A stretch of 64,000 nucleotides of DNA from NCBI GenBank assembly GCA_013239625.1, contig MU053216.1, positions 2,384,943 to 2,448,942 on the forward strand. Direction: 5' to 3'. The position numbers and the translations under genes were made by a program. The stretch is from Lama guanicoe. Taxonomy: Eukaryota. This document shows, one piece after another, positions 13,270 to 26,139 of the stretch (position 1 is the first letter of the stretch; each line of letters opens with the position of its first letter). The notes under the pieces are model-generated. The model ran no database searches. It saw only the letters and a program-made list of their open reading frames with translations, and was not told the origin of the DNA.

Positions 13270-13822
13270 AAAATATTTTTATGCTTTATTGAAGTGTAGT
13301 TGATTTACAACGCTAGTTTCAGGTGCACAGCAAAGTGATTCAGTTGCACATATACATACATGTATATTTTCTTTTCGAATTCTTTTCCATTATGTTATTA
13401 AAAGTAACTGAATATAGTTCCCTGTGCTGTACAGAAGGTCCTTGTTGTTAGTCTATTTTATATGTAGTAGTGTGTATCTGTTAATCCCAAACTCCTAATT
13501 TATCCTCTCCTGTCCTTTCCCCTTTGGTATCTATAGTTTCTTTTCTATGTCTGCTAGTCTGTTTTTGGTTTGTAAATACAATTTGTATCATTTTTTCTAG
13601 ATTGTACATATAAGTGATATCATATGTTATTTTTCTTTGTTTATCTATACTTAGTGTGATAATCTCTAGGTCCGTCCATGTTGCTGCAAATAGCATTATT
13701 TCATTCTTTTTATGGCTGAATAGTATTCCATTTTATAGACATTCCACATCTTCTTTATCCAGTCACCTGTTGACGGACATTTAGGTTGCTTCCATGTCTT
13801 GGATGTTGTAATTAGTACTGCT
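13270..13822 (-). mobile_element. 5'-truncated LINE-1 3' end with 14-bp TSD
   Basis: ORF2 C-terminus (LFAATWTDLEIITLS) plus 3'UTR. TSD aagggaacactttt at 13256-13269 and 13823-13836. Confidence 0.92.
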
Positions 13823-14669
13823 AAGGGAACACTTTCTGTATGTTAAGATTCTTCCATACAGATGCCCTTGTATTACAGGCAAATTGTTCGCCCTGGACAG
13901 AAATGGAAGACACTCACTCCTGGAGGTGTGGGAGAAAGAGTGCATGGTTCTGATTAATCCACCTGCCCCTGAGAAGCTGCTAGTGATCTTGGCTTGGCTG
14001 AGCTCACAATGTTCTTATGACAGTGATTTATTTCTGCTGCAAAAGTTCCGAGACACTTATGTCTTTCAGATATTTGGGGGGGAGAAGTCTCATGTCCTAG
14101 CACACTCAAGACTGGGGATTGTTTAGTGGGAAAGCAGGGCATTTCTTTTAAAAATTGAAAACCAAAAGCTGTGTTCAGTGGGTGCTGCTTTATTTAAAGC
14201 AAACCAGGATTTTTGAAAATTGCTGAGTTAATGAAAACCTAATAATGCAAAAGCCTTTGCTGGTCTTTGCATTTTTTGAGGGGGAGGGATTCAGAATAAG
14301 TCACAAAGTTATGAATAGGCTTCTCTCATAGTCTTGATCTTAATTCACTGAGAACTAAATCTTCACACACTTTTAAGCTGACACAGCACTTCATTGATAC
14401 AGATCACATCCCTTTAGCTCTTAGATATCATTTCTTCCTTAGTTTGTGACAGAAAAGCTTTAAAATATATTTTACAAAGTAATTTAGTAACGGATCAAAT
14501 TCTGTGGTTTATCTAAAGAAGTTATATCGGAATACTGTTAATAATTGGCTTCAAACACAAAGCAAGGACAACGACCATGAGCCCAGTTTTCTCCCGTGCT
14601 CAGGTATCACTGCACACGAGGGGACAAGGTTCCTTAGCGTTTGCTGTCGTCCAGTTTGTACAGGCTTTT

Positions 14670-14886
14670 ATTAGCAGATACAAACTACAAACTATATTAT
14701 ATATATAATAGATAAAGAACAAGGTCCTACTGTAGAGCACAGGGGACTACACTCAGTATCTCGTAATAATCTTTAATGGAAAATAATATGAAAAAGAATA
14801 TGTATGTATGAATAACTGAATCACTCTGCTGTGCACCAGAAACTAACACAACTTTGTAAATCAACTAAACTTCAATAAAAAAAAAT
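14670..14886 (+). mobile_element. LINE-1 3' UTR fragment with poly(A)
   Basis: aacaaggtcctactgtagagcacagggg…gaatcactctgctgtgcaccagaaactaacacaac…caataaaaaaaaa. Confidence 0.88.
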
Positions 14887-14889
14887 CAA

Positions 14890-15300
14890 GAGGCTCCACC
14901 TCTCTGTTGTACCACCATCTACAGTAGAAATCAGAACTTGGCACCGACAATCCATTATTTTTCCTGCAAAGATTTCCAACCACTTGGTGACAAACGCGGA
15001 TGCTTGGGACACGCAGGGTCCGCGCACACTCGCGGGCTCCCTGCTGCGTGGACCGCGGGATGCCGAGCGAGCGCGAAGGTGTGTGCTGAGCGCCCACTCT
15101 CACCAACGCCGTGGCCCGGAGACGGGCTTCTGAGAGTGTTCCCTGCCGCTCCCAGACCCGGCGCTTGGGCCCGAGGGCTCTCGGACGTGGCAGTGATCCC
15201 AGCGCCAAAGGTCGTTCGCCTGACTCCGAGGGAACGTCTCAAAGCATTTTACATCCGCCGACCTACTGACTTCTCCCCTTCCCGGGTGGTGCGGCGCTGG
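14890..15300 (-). pseudogene. CpG-rich exon-like segment
   Basis: Acceptor cacttccccttacag| at 15301; coding-like and CpG dense; its 3' side abuts the L1 tail at 14886. Confidence 0.35.
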
Positions 15301-15812
15301 CTGTAAGGGAAGTGCGCACGTGTCTTTTCTTTTTGGACAACTTTTGGACACATCCCCAGGCCCTGATAATCACACAAAACCAACAGGCAGACTCAGCCAA
15401 GAGGGGCTTTGCCTTTCAAGGGTCCGAGGTTAAGCCCTAAATCCCCGGAGATCTGCATACAATGATCTCATCCAAGTTCCTTGCAATCACTGGTGATTGG
15501 CAAAATCCACAACTTTGATTTGATGTGGTTAATCAGCAAAGCGTCTGAATGCTTATCAAAACCTTATCTAAACCTGCACACCTAGACTTACGGATTTAGT
15601 GCCCACAGCGTCCCTTGGGAATGGAGACGGACCAGACAGACTTCTACAGTGTCAGGGCTTTGAGTGCTGACAGACATGAGAAAAACCACTGGCAGGAGAA
15701 GAAAAAAAGTCAAATATTTTCACACTTAAATAATGTATTTCTTTTTAGAAATCAGTTTGGTTATTTAAAGTCAGTGGGTATTTTTTTAAGTTCTAATTTG
15801 CCCATCTTTAAT

Positions 15813-15854
15813 AGACATTTCCCTGTAACCATGAGACATTTGCCTGTAACCACG
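15813..15854. repeat. 21-bp tandem duplication
   Basis: agacatttccctgtaaccatg / agacatttgcctgtaaccacg. Confidence 0.9.
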
Positions 15855-16269
15855 ATTATTATTCCTTTTAGTGGTCTGAGATCAAAGATAACCAAATACA
15901 GAATTCTGTTGTCGTATCAGAATCTGTTCCTCATTAGGCACATAGACGCGGGTCTAACACCACCCTCAGCACCCTTCAGCAGAGAGCCCGAGCAGGGCAA
16001 AGCTTCCCACTCAGCTCAGCACTGCCCCCACTTAGCAGTGAGCACTGCTCACCCCAAGACGCTGGGAAGTCCTCCCCTCTTGAAGGCGAACAGAGGAAAC
16101 AGTATCTCACTGGATGAGGAAATAGTGTAAAAACTGTCTTTAGAGTTTAATAAGGGAGATCAACTGCCTTTTTTTTTTTAAAGAATAGTCTAATGAACCA
16201 AATTTACTGTACCTCAGCTTCAACTATTAACTACTTATGTTTCATGTAATACCAATTTTTACCACCAGG

Positions 16270-16950
16270 CTTTTTTTTTTAAGCCTTTTTACCCCCTTCA
16301 CCTATTTCTGCACCCACTACCCCCTGTTCATGGCAACCACCGATCTGTTCTCTGCCTATATCTGCACGTTTGTTCCTCTGTGTTTTTAGCTTCCACATAA
16401 AGACAGATCATACAGCATTTGTATTTCTGTCTGACTTAATTCACTTAGTATAACATCCTTGAGGTTTACCCATGTTACTGCAGATGGCAAGATTTATTCC
16501 TTTTATGGCTGCATAATATTCCATTGTGTGTATATAATACTTTAAAAAAAATCTGCTTATCTATCAGCGGACCCTTAGGTTACTTCCATATCTTGGCTAT
16601 TGTAAATAATTCTGCAATGAACTTAGGGGTGTGTATATCTTTTTGAGTTAATGTTTTCATTTTATTTGGATAAATACTGAGGAGTGGAATTACTGGATCA
16701 TATGACAGTCCTATTTTTAATTTTAAAAAAACCTCCATATTATTCTCCATAGCTGGTTGCACCAATTTATATTCCCACCAACAGCGCACTGGGGCTCCCT
16801 TTTCTCCAGCTCCTTGCCAGCCCGTTCTTTCTAGTCTTTCTGATAATAGCCATTCTAGTAAGTGTGAGCTGGTGGCTCACTGAGGTTTCATTTGCATCTC
16901 CCTAATGGCTAGCGACGTGGAGCATCTTTTCATGAACCTGCTGGTCATCA
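16270..16950 (-). mobile_element. LINE-1 3' fragment
   Basis: Minus ORF 16580-16789 (CWWEYKLVQP…LSYDPVIPLLSIYP…FIAELFTIAKIWK) is the ORF2 C-terminal region. Confidence 0.9.
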
Positions 16951-17322
16951 ACTGACATTTAAAAAATAATGTCTTTATAAAAATCAGTATCTGTCATTAC
17001 AAAACTTCCTGCTCAATTTTTAACAGTAGAGAGTATGTGCTAAAGCTATGGTATGATTTAATAAAGATTTGTCTTCTTCTGACTATAGATGAAGATGTGG
17101 TATCTTAGTTCAAGTTACAGTAACCAAATACCATAGACTGAGTGGCTTATAAATGACTGAACAAAACACTCAGTCCATAACACGGTAAGCCAAACTGAAC
17201 AGTGAAATATCTCGGCAGCTCAGATATCAGAAAGTGAATATGCACTGTGCATGAAAAAACCTTTTTTTGTCCCAAGAAAAATGTGATAAGAAAAGAGGCC
17301 CAAAAATAGATTTGTCAAAATA

Positions 17323-17630
17323 AACACACATGCACACATACACCGCCACATGCACACACACACACGTACACACACCACATATACACACAAACACACCACA
17401 CACACCACATGCGCACACACACATGCATGCACACACACCACATGCACACGCACACACACATGTGCACACAAACACACATGTACACACACACCCCACCACA
17501 CGTGTGCGCACACACACCACCACACATGCACACATACCACCACATGCACACACACACACACCCACATGCACACATCACCATAGGTACACACACCCCACCA
17601 CATGTGTGTACACACACACACACACACACA
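17323..17630. repeat. Complex (CA)n-rich microsatellite, ~300 bp
   Basis: Interrupted cacacaca/catg/cacca units. Confidence 0.95.
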
Positions 17631-17754
17631 GAACTTCATTTGTCTCCAGTTACCAAAGTAATTGGGGTCAGTTTTCCACTCTGCACAACAATGACAACAA
17701 TAACTATCAGTTAAGAGGTGTGTACAAGCCAGATGGTGTTTAAAGAGCTAGGAG

Positions 17755-17870
17755 TAATATTATTATCATCTCCAGTTTTCAGATGAGGAAACTGAGGCAC
17801 AGAGCTAATAAAAAAGGTGGAGCAAAGAGACCAACCCAGGGGTCACAGCTCCAGCTCTACCTGTGAGCAT
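17755..17870 (-). mobile_element. MIR SINE
   Basis: attatcatctccagttttcagatgaggaaactgaggcacagag is the reverse MIR core. Confidence 0.8.
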
Positions 17871-18370
17871 AACACCCCTGTGTGGTTCCAGAACCATATT
17901 TCTTATCAATATTTATAAGCATGACCTGATGACACTGTGAAGTCATGACGTACGGCCTGTATCACAGAACAAGTTATGTTTAATAGACTTTCAACGTCAT
18001 AGTAGATGTGTTTAAAGTTTTAAATTATCTCCCAGAAAAGCAGGTTTACTTGTATTAGACAACGTCCACATTTAACATCTGTGCTGATGATTCACGTTTG
18101 TTGTCAAGTACAAAAATACAAATGCTCATGGGAATTTAAAGGTTAGAAAGTGAATTATGTTATCTTAATATTTCTTTACATACACACTAGGTGATCAACA
18201 TTACTTTCCTATTGCTTATCTGAAGCTGTAAATTTCACCTTAGACGAATATATTTATCTCAGCTGATCACTGAGTGGAGCCGTTAACGAGACACTGGCTT
18301 TATCCTGGCAGGCTGAATGCGGCTGCATTTCAGCGTCTGATGGTACCCAGCTTCCACTGAGGACACACAC

Positions 18371-18586
18371 CTGTGAATGTTTTTAACCCAAGACCTGGAG
18401 ATATGTCTGGATTAGGGAGGGAAATAGTTGGTGTTCCCTCTTCTGCGTCTGCAGTGCCACTTCCTGAGACATTCTACAGAACCCCAGCCTCCTCCCAAAC
18501 AAACTTTAAAGACATCTTTCACCAGAAAGTACAGTCAGCAAGAGAATTAAAATATGTTTGCCATCCTTCCTTTGGATCATTTATTT
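18371..18586 (-). pseudogene. Exon-like segment (216 nt) with two in-frame stops
   Basis: aacttttatccag|AAATAAATGAT…TTCACAG|gtgtgt. Reads INDPKEGWQTYFNSLADCTFW*KMSLKFVWEEAGVL*NV…. Confidence 0.4.
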
Positions 18587-18699
18587 CTGGATAAAAGTTA
18601 ATCTTGAGAATTAATGACCAAAGCAGCACTGGGGGGTGTGATTCAAGGGAAGTATGGTGAACAATTTAACATAATCTCCGACCAGAATGTGTAACGATC

Positions 18700-18930
18700 A
18701 GAGCCCAGGGCAGAGTTGGACCCCTCGGGCCCAGGATCGAGCGCTGCCACTTTAGTAACTTGCTTGTCTGCTTTGAACTTCAGTTTCCATATTCAAAATG
18801 TGGCACTAATCGTATTATTTACCCCATTAATTACATACTGTTACAAAGTAAGGACTTTGTAAGGGTTCAATGGAAAACACTAAGCAAAGCATACAGTGTA
18901 TATTTAGTACTCTAAGCGTTACTATTATTA
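18700..18930 (+). mobile_element. MIR SINE
   Basis: ctttgaacttcagtttccatattcaaaatgtgg core and a ttactattatt tail. Confidence 0.55.
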
Positions 18931-21314
18931 TTACAATAGCGCAGGCACGTATTAAGTGCTGTAAGTGTGAGATATTATTTTTAACACCTTTATTGTCCCT
19001 GTACAGTAAACTACACATATTTCAAATGCACACTTTGATGAGTTTTGATAGATGTACACACCCATGGAACCACCACCATAATCAACACAGCTGACTTTCC
19101 CATCACTCCCCACGAGGTGCAACTTTCGAATTCCCAGTTTACCCCTTCCCAGCCCTCCACCCCCGGGAACCATAGATATTATTACCATTATTGTTATTAT
19201 TGCTATTACTCTTAGGAACCAACCACACGACAGGTAGGGCGTAACATGCTACATCATCAAGATAAATAAAATATACCTTCCATGCTAGTGCTTAAAACTG
19301 AGTTAATTTTGAAATAATTTTGAGTTCGCCAAATAACTTTTCACAATTTTGGGAATATTACATGAAAAGGAATGAGGAATGAATCTCCTACGAGCAGGAG
19401 AAAATTGGTTCAGGAATTCAGGCAATGACATCAAGGAGACGGAAGATGAAGGCGAAAGTGTCGTTCTGGAAGAACAGCGTGTGAGGAGGAGGACTTGACC
19501 AAGATGGAGGAAGCAGTGTGTCGCAGGAGAACCAGGAAACTGAGCAGATGCTTTCATGTATCACAGGGAAAGAGAGATATTAATGGGGAGCCAGGGGAGG
19601 AATGACTTCCAAGGCTATATATTTAGGAATATAAAAAAGAAAAAAAAGGCACTGCAGAAAAATCAAAACGTTATCTTCATAACGTGAAGCTTGAGTTTCA
19701 AATGGTTGAGGATTTCCATCTGTCAGTCATCTTAAACTTCTAGGTCGGGCCATTTGGGAAATAAAATTTTAATTATAAATAGTAGTAGGAGTTGCAGTGG
19801 TCACAAACCACGGCGAGCATTACTACTACCATAAATCACGTGCAGAACTGGCAGCGTGCTAAGCCCTTCATAACGTGTGCCAATACTGACAGACGCCTTT
19901 GTCAGGAAAAAGAAAGTATTTTGAAAGACTGTTAAGCACAGGAATAGATGTTATTCACTATCAGCCCAGGAAGCTAGATTTTAGAAGGTCTCTTTACAAC
20001 CGAGCATAAAGCGCTGCGTTTGTTTCACAGCTGCGTTGTACGTAAGGACTGTGTTTCCCGCTAATCTTTTCTTGCACAAAGAAGTGAGCTCCAAAGCAAT
20101 GTGAGCTGTTAAGAAGTAAAGTAAGTAAAAGTAGTCTTATGCAGAGGAATTAGGTAAGAATGATCAGCAAATCTATTTCAACACAACGGTCAGTGGCAAC
20201 AGTTGGAAGATGTTAAAGGTCTGGAAAAGATTGTTCTTTTTACTACATGGGGGTCATTAATAAATCAGTATCACCTTTGACAGCCACTCAGATAGTCCTA
20301 GACTAGCTTCAGCGTCAGAGTTTTCAGAAATCTGTATTTATTTTAGTGCATCAAAAGACAAAGGGGAAATGTGGTGTTTCTACATAAACATATGTTCACG
20401 TATTGATAGGAGAGCAATTAGTAACCTATGGGATAAAGCTAAACCAATTTTTCTGGTCCAAAAAATAAGCAAAAGCAGATGAGAAAAAGCACTCCATACA
20501 CTAGGCCGGGAAATCCCATTAAATTAGCCTCATGAGGTAACCAGGTGTTTAGTTTTCACCTCTGACCTTTTAGCCCTGGGAGAGACAGGGCTTTGGCCAC
20601 ATGCTATTTCTCCTCAGTTTCACGTAGTAGATAAAATCACCTTCTCAAAGGTATCTTTAAAACTCAAACTCAACACTCTTATTTAAATTGGTTATTTATT
20701 ACACCTTGTGCTTATAGGAAAGAGGCATGAAAAAATAACAGCATGTTTCATTTTAGTCTCATCATAACAAATCAGACTATATTAGATTTGTATCTGAGGT
20801 AATGCACCAGGTCGACACGGCACTACAGAATGAAATGCAGTGGACAGCCTCATTCTAAAGCCTCACTTTGAAGGTAAATTAAATAGAAAAAAATTTTAGT
20901 AATGTTTATACTGTATCGCTTTACATCATCACTGATTCATGTGCAACTTTGGTTATTATTATTCTACCATAAACTTGGTTTTTGGACAACCTCATTGGCA
21001 AAAGGGTTTTTGTAAAGTTTCCACTTTCTAATATCTTCTTAGAAGTTCAGTTTTTCCTCTTCTCTAGTAATTTCCAGCTTTTTCCATTTGGTTGCTATTA
21101 CCATTTATTTTTCGTATGTTTCAACTGGAAGAGCCGCCAAGCAGAGATGTCTTTTCAGGACATGGAGGTGGAATGCCAGAGCGTGGTTCCAATATCGCCA
21201 CTGGGTGGTTGCCTGCCAGTTGTCAGGAAGCAGGGGCTCTCACTCCCCCTTCTTGGCATTTACAGCCGGTCCTATGACTCATCCTAAGATGCTCAGCAGT
21301 GTTGTGAAGACTCC

Positions 21315-21658
21315 ATTTTTTTCTTTTTTATTGAAGTATATAGTCAGTTACAATGTGTCAGTGTCTGCATAATGTTTCAGTCATACATAACATACGTATA
21401 TTCCTTGTCATATTCTTTTTCATTCTAGGTTACTATAAGATATTGAGTATAGTCCCCTGGGCTCTACAGAAGAAATTTATTTATCTATTTTATATATAGT
21501 AGTTATTATTTGCAAATCTCAAACTCCCAATTTATCCCTTCCCACTCCCTTTCGCCCTGGTAACCATAAGTTTATTTACTCTGTTTGTGAGAGAAAGAAA
21601 AATACCATATGATATCACTCATATGTGGAATCTAAAAAAAAAAGAAGACACTAGTGAA
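21315..21658 (-). mobile_element. LINE-1 3' end with 5' inversion
   Basis: Minus-strand 3'UTR at 21315-~21590, then a plus-oriented upstream piece (agaaagaaaaataccatatgatatcactcatatgtggaatc). Degenerate TSD gtgaagactccattt / gtgaagatgtcattt. Confidence 0.8.
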
Positions 21659-22029
21659 GATGTCATTTTAACACACAGATTTCAGACTCTGAGGATGCGA
21701 CCGGGCTGTGTGGGTTCCAGGAGGTTTTCAGATGAGTCGTGGCACAAAGGAACTAAACTGGAAGTTCTGCCAGCACATAATAAATTTGATAGATGAGATA
21801 CATCAGTAGCACTGAAAGAATGACTTGGCTGTTGGAGACATGCCAAGACCTTGTTTTTTTTTTTTTTTTTAAGTTACCCTACTCCCTGCCCTTAACTTTA
21901 GAAACAGCATATGAGTCGAAGAGGTCTTTTAAGGTAACTTCTCTTAGGAAAAGCATAATATAAGACCCACACGGTGAAAAAGGTCCTAAGGCACTGAAGG
22001 AAGAATCAGGGCGGGGGTTGGTGGTGTCC

Positions 22030-22170
22030 TCTGCGTCTGTGATTTTATGTAACTTTGAATGTGCCCCTTAACCTTCCCTGCCTCATTTTTTCCCATTCAT
22101 AAAAATGACAGTAATTACACTTGCCACCTGGAGACCTCAAAGGAGCGAGGGAGGACTCATGAAAGGTCTG
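22030..22170 (+). mobile_element. MIR SINE fragment
   Basis: cccttaaccttccctgcctcattttttcccattcataaaaatgacagtaat. Confidence 0.65.
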
Positions 22171-23475
22171 TCGAGGGCTTTGAACTTTCCAGAACAAAGC
22201 CTTTATGACTCCATAAAGTACAAAGTAGGATCCTGCGCTTGTATTTTTCCTGGCGCTCTCCCCCAGCTCTCAAGCTCTTTGCACACCGTTGGCTCCCGTC
22301 GCACCTCCGTCCCCGCCTCTGGTCGCGCTCCGAGCTCTGCTGGCGCCACCGCCGGGCGGCAGCTGCTCTCCGGCCCGGGCTGCAGAGGCTTCGTTTTATC
22401 TGGGTCACGGGATCCAGAACATTGGTTCCTGTTGTTGCTTCCCCGCGCGCGTTAGATTAGCTGCAGGCGTGGAAGCGTGGGTCCCTGACAGGAGGCCCAA
22501 CGTGGGGAACATCAGCTCCGGTGTCCCCAGATGACACATTAATGAGAATCTCTCGTTTCAGAGCCAACTTGGAAGGCGACAGAACATCTAGTATTATTGT
22601 AAAAGAAATGTGGGTCCTGCCAAAACGCAACGTTAGAGCTTATAAATATTTTTTTAAAATGTTTATATTCTATCACCCCTCTCTCTAATTTCTTTTTTTT
22701 TCTTTTTTTTCTTTTTTTTCTTTTTGGTTTTCCTTGAAAGTAGAGCCAGAAACAACTTCTTGGCTCTTGAAATCAAAACCTGGCTCTTTAGCATGGTCAG
22801 TCCTGTTCGTGTCGGATGGAGGGGGCTTCAGAGGTACTTCATCTGGACCCCATGCACACCAGCAATGCTTGGGAGGGTCCTGAGGGGAGCCAAGGTCAAG
22901 GGTCATGGTCAATGCAGCTTGGGTTACTCCAATCCAGAGTGTTGGAAGCTGAAAAGAAACCCGGAAAGTTCAGGTGGTTTGATGGCTAGAGGCCTTCAAG
23001 TCTTCCTTCAATAAGAGGAAAAACGGGGCTGACCACTCGGGGAAAAGCTTTCCAAGCCTTAGGACATGATGTCCGTCCTGACCTGGCTGTTGCAGCAACA
23101 GTTACCTAAGCAGCTCATCCAGTGCTTCTATCGCATGTTCATGCACCAAGCAATGCTGCAGAGCTGGGGGGTCCTGTGCAGGTCCTCAGAGATTCCATTC
23201 TAACTGATCACAAGAGAATCCTCGAAGAGCAGGCATTGCACACAGGCGAAATCTTAAAATTTACTTAAATCACTGCAGACTGCTGAGAATGGCGCGCACA
23301 CACACACGCACACACTTTTCCTTCTTGATTCTCTAATGCTTAAAAGGCTGCCCTGGGTGCTAGTCCCAGATTCCTAAATTTAGTTCAAGATTGAGCCCTA
23401 CTGAACTGTGACCCCCTCCTGGGGAGGAGCTGAAGGTCCTCGCTGGCATCACTCACTTGCTTTCCCCTCCAGCGA

Positions 23476-23558
23476 TTTCTTTTTCAATCGAAGTACTGGG
23501 GATGGAACCCAGGACCTCCTGCACACTAAGCTCCACCACTGAGCTGCACTCCGACCCC
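23476..23558 (-). mobile_element. Degenerate tRNA-derived SINE (Vic-1-like)
   Basis: gaagtactggggatggaacccaggacctcctgcacactaagctccaccactgagctgcac, similar to the 11.2-kb copy but with an internal deletion. Confidence 0.8.
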
Positions 23559-24284
23559 CTCGAGGGGGTCCCTCATCTTCAGAAAGAGCCAGCTGCGGGT
23601 GCACGTGAGCTCTTCGGTTTGAAGAAGCCCCCTAAAGCCCTGTCCACAAGTGGCTTTGGGGAAATGACACAGCTCAGCAAGGTTCTTGTGGCCACATACG
23701 TCGCCTAACTTAGGAATAATCAACTGTTTCACCCCATTACTGTTTCTCTCATTTGACTTTTCTCCTTAGCCACCAAGTCATTTCAATGGATACCAAGAGT
23801 GGAAAGCACACTGGCTGTGATTTAAATATGGTAAAACGTGAACAATTTGGTCATCGGAATCCCAAACACTTTTCCATACAGATTTGATTAGATCACTAGT
23901 TAACTACAGATCGATCACAGGCATTTTATTCTGGAACATACGATGCCTGCACTGATCAAAAACAGTATCATGTGAGATGTGTGACGTGTAAAGTGAGGCC
24001 TCAGAGAGCTTCCATTCATCCTCAGAAGAGCTCTGAACAGAATGTCCACGATAAAATACAAATGAGGTTGGATTTTACATGCAGCATTTAAGTGTGATCC
24101 ACACAAAAAAAATAATAATAAAAAGTAGCTGGCCAGAGGGCAGACTGACGAGAAAACAGAAATAAAATGTTTATTTCACGAATTTACTTCATGACTTTCC
24201 TAATCCATTACTTTATCTCAGAGGTATCTGAGGGCTGGTAGGAGAGAGTCAAGTATATTCTTGGGGCATCTCGCAATTCTGCAA

Positions 24285-24700
24285 ATCATTAACAGACATT
24301 TGTTCATTGCCTCCATCAGTGATGGAAAGAGCAAGTTTGTAGGGCTAGAGAGACTGAACAAAAACAATCTCACTCCTTATGGAGGTGACAGTCTAGTGTG
24401 AAGACAAACAAGGGGCAGGCGCCACAGTTCAGGGTGGTGAGCAGATGATCTTCCATGCACAGGTGAGTTTAGACCCTGAGTGGAGGGCCGACCCCTGGCC
24501 TTGCTAAGATCAGTGCGTCAGGAAAGGCGTCCTTCAGCCTCTGATGTCCTGAATCTCAAACAGAAGGGGATGCCTGATGGAGAAAATTCCAGGAAGGGGA
24601 ACAACTTGCTCAAAGACATACGCATGACAGGCTGAGATGTTCCGAAGCCTGCAAGAGGCCGTTCATTGTGACTGAGCTGTACAGAGAACAACGGGGAGGG
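24285..24700 (-). mobile_element. L2 LINE fragment
   Basis: tcattaacagacatttgttcattgcctc…ccttatggaggtgacagtctagtg…ccaggaagggggaacaac. Confidence 0.6.
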
Positions 24701-26139
24701 TCAAATACACTTACATCAGGACGATCGGGTCAGCGTCACGGGCGGGGCTCGGGCGGAGACAAGTCAGAAGCCAGAGGTACCTTCACAAACCAGTAGACCA
24801 GGTGGAGACAAATGGGTCACTGGAAGCTGGGGCCCAGGCTGGGGGGCGGGGGATACAGCCGTTTGCCCAGGTCTCACATTCACAGAAAGCCCATGTTTTT
24901 CGGCTTTTGGTGTTTTTTCCCAATAAAGTTACACCAGTTACATGCGTGCTAGATTCGTTTATCTGAGTATGAGCGTTAATGTGGATTAGAATTTCTGTAA
25001 CTCGTTGGTCGTTCCTTTACTGTTTTTATATGGAAAGCTTCGGACGTAGACGAGGCCTGTGCCCTCTGGCCCTGCTGTCGCGGAAAGGGGAGTAAAACGT
25101 TAGCCTGGAGGGCCCTTCACCGCTACGGGGGTGCAACGCCGCGCCCGGCCGTGCGGTTGGCCCCTAGTGAGACAGCAGCTCACGCAGCCCGCCACCCCGT
25201 GCTCGTCCCCAGACGACGCCCCGTGTCCAGGCCTCATGTCGGAACAGCCAGTTAGCTGCTCAAGGCTTCGGCCACACAACTGAATAGGAGCATTACTGTT
25301 TGTTGGGTGCTCACAACTCTGATGGAAAGAACAGGAAAAGGCAATGCTAGGGTTTTTTTTTTGAGGTGAGGAGGGTTAAGTGCTAAAAAGTAATGAGAAA
25401 AAATGATGGTTAGTTTCAATCATGGAAAGAGATTAAATACCGAGTGGAACAGATCAACATTCTAGTGGAGGAATTGCACACAAGAAGACCATTCAGGTCT
25501 GGGGTACCAGCAGATAGCGTGGGTCCCCGTTGTCCTCCAAATCTGGCCTTGCCTTTGTCGTGTTGAGGACGCGTGGAAAACTCGCATTTCTTATACACAT
25601 TTAAGATGGCTCAATCTAAATAAGCATCGCATTCTGGGACTTTATTTTGTAGGTTAACGTGCAATGGCAGTTATTTAAATGAGTAGAGCAGACAGTGGAA
25701 CAAATCTAAATTTAGCCACTCTGTGTGGGTAGTAAAGCATTAAGAAAAAAAAAAACCTGGCAAATCTCATTGAGGAATGCAAATCTTAAAAGAGCTTATG
25801 CAATGGTGACACAGAGTTTCAAATAGCTAGCATTTGGACACCTGCAGATTAACATTCAGCAAACTTACAACTTTAAAAGATCTGCACAGGTTGGACAAAT
25901 TATTTTCCCATCAACAGTCTTACCCACCGCCACACAAATCACAAACATCTGAGAAAGAGATGAACTGGGAACGCGAGGAGCAGGACTTCTGCAGGCTGAG
26001 CCAGCGCAGTTTCCCTCTCCTCCTGGACCGTCTCCAACCCACCCTCGATCACTGAGCTGACATGTGGTAAACCTGCACAACCGAGAAGGGGCGAAACACA
26101 CCCAGCTGTGCGGACCTGGCAGCCTGTGACTTCACCTGC

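Noticed and set aside
17220..17743. His/Thr- and Cys/Val-rich ORFs
   Set aside because: Translations of the CA microsatellite.
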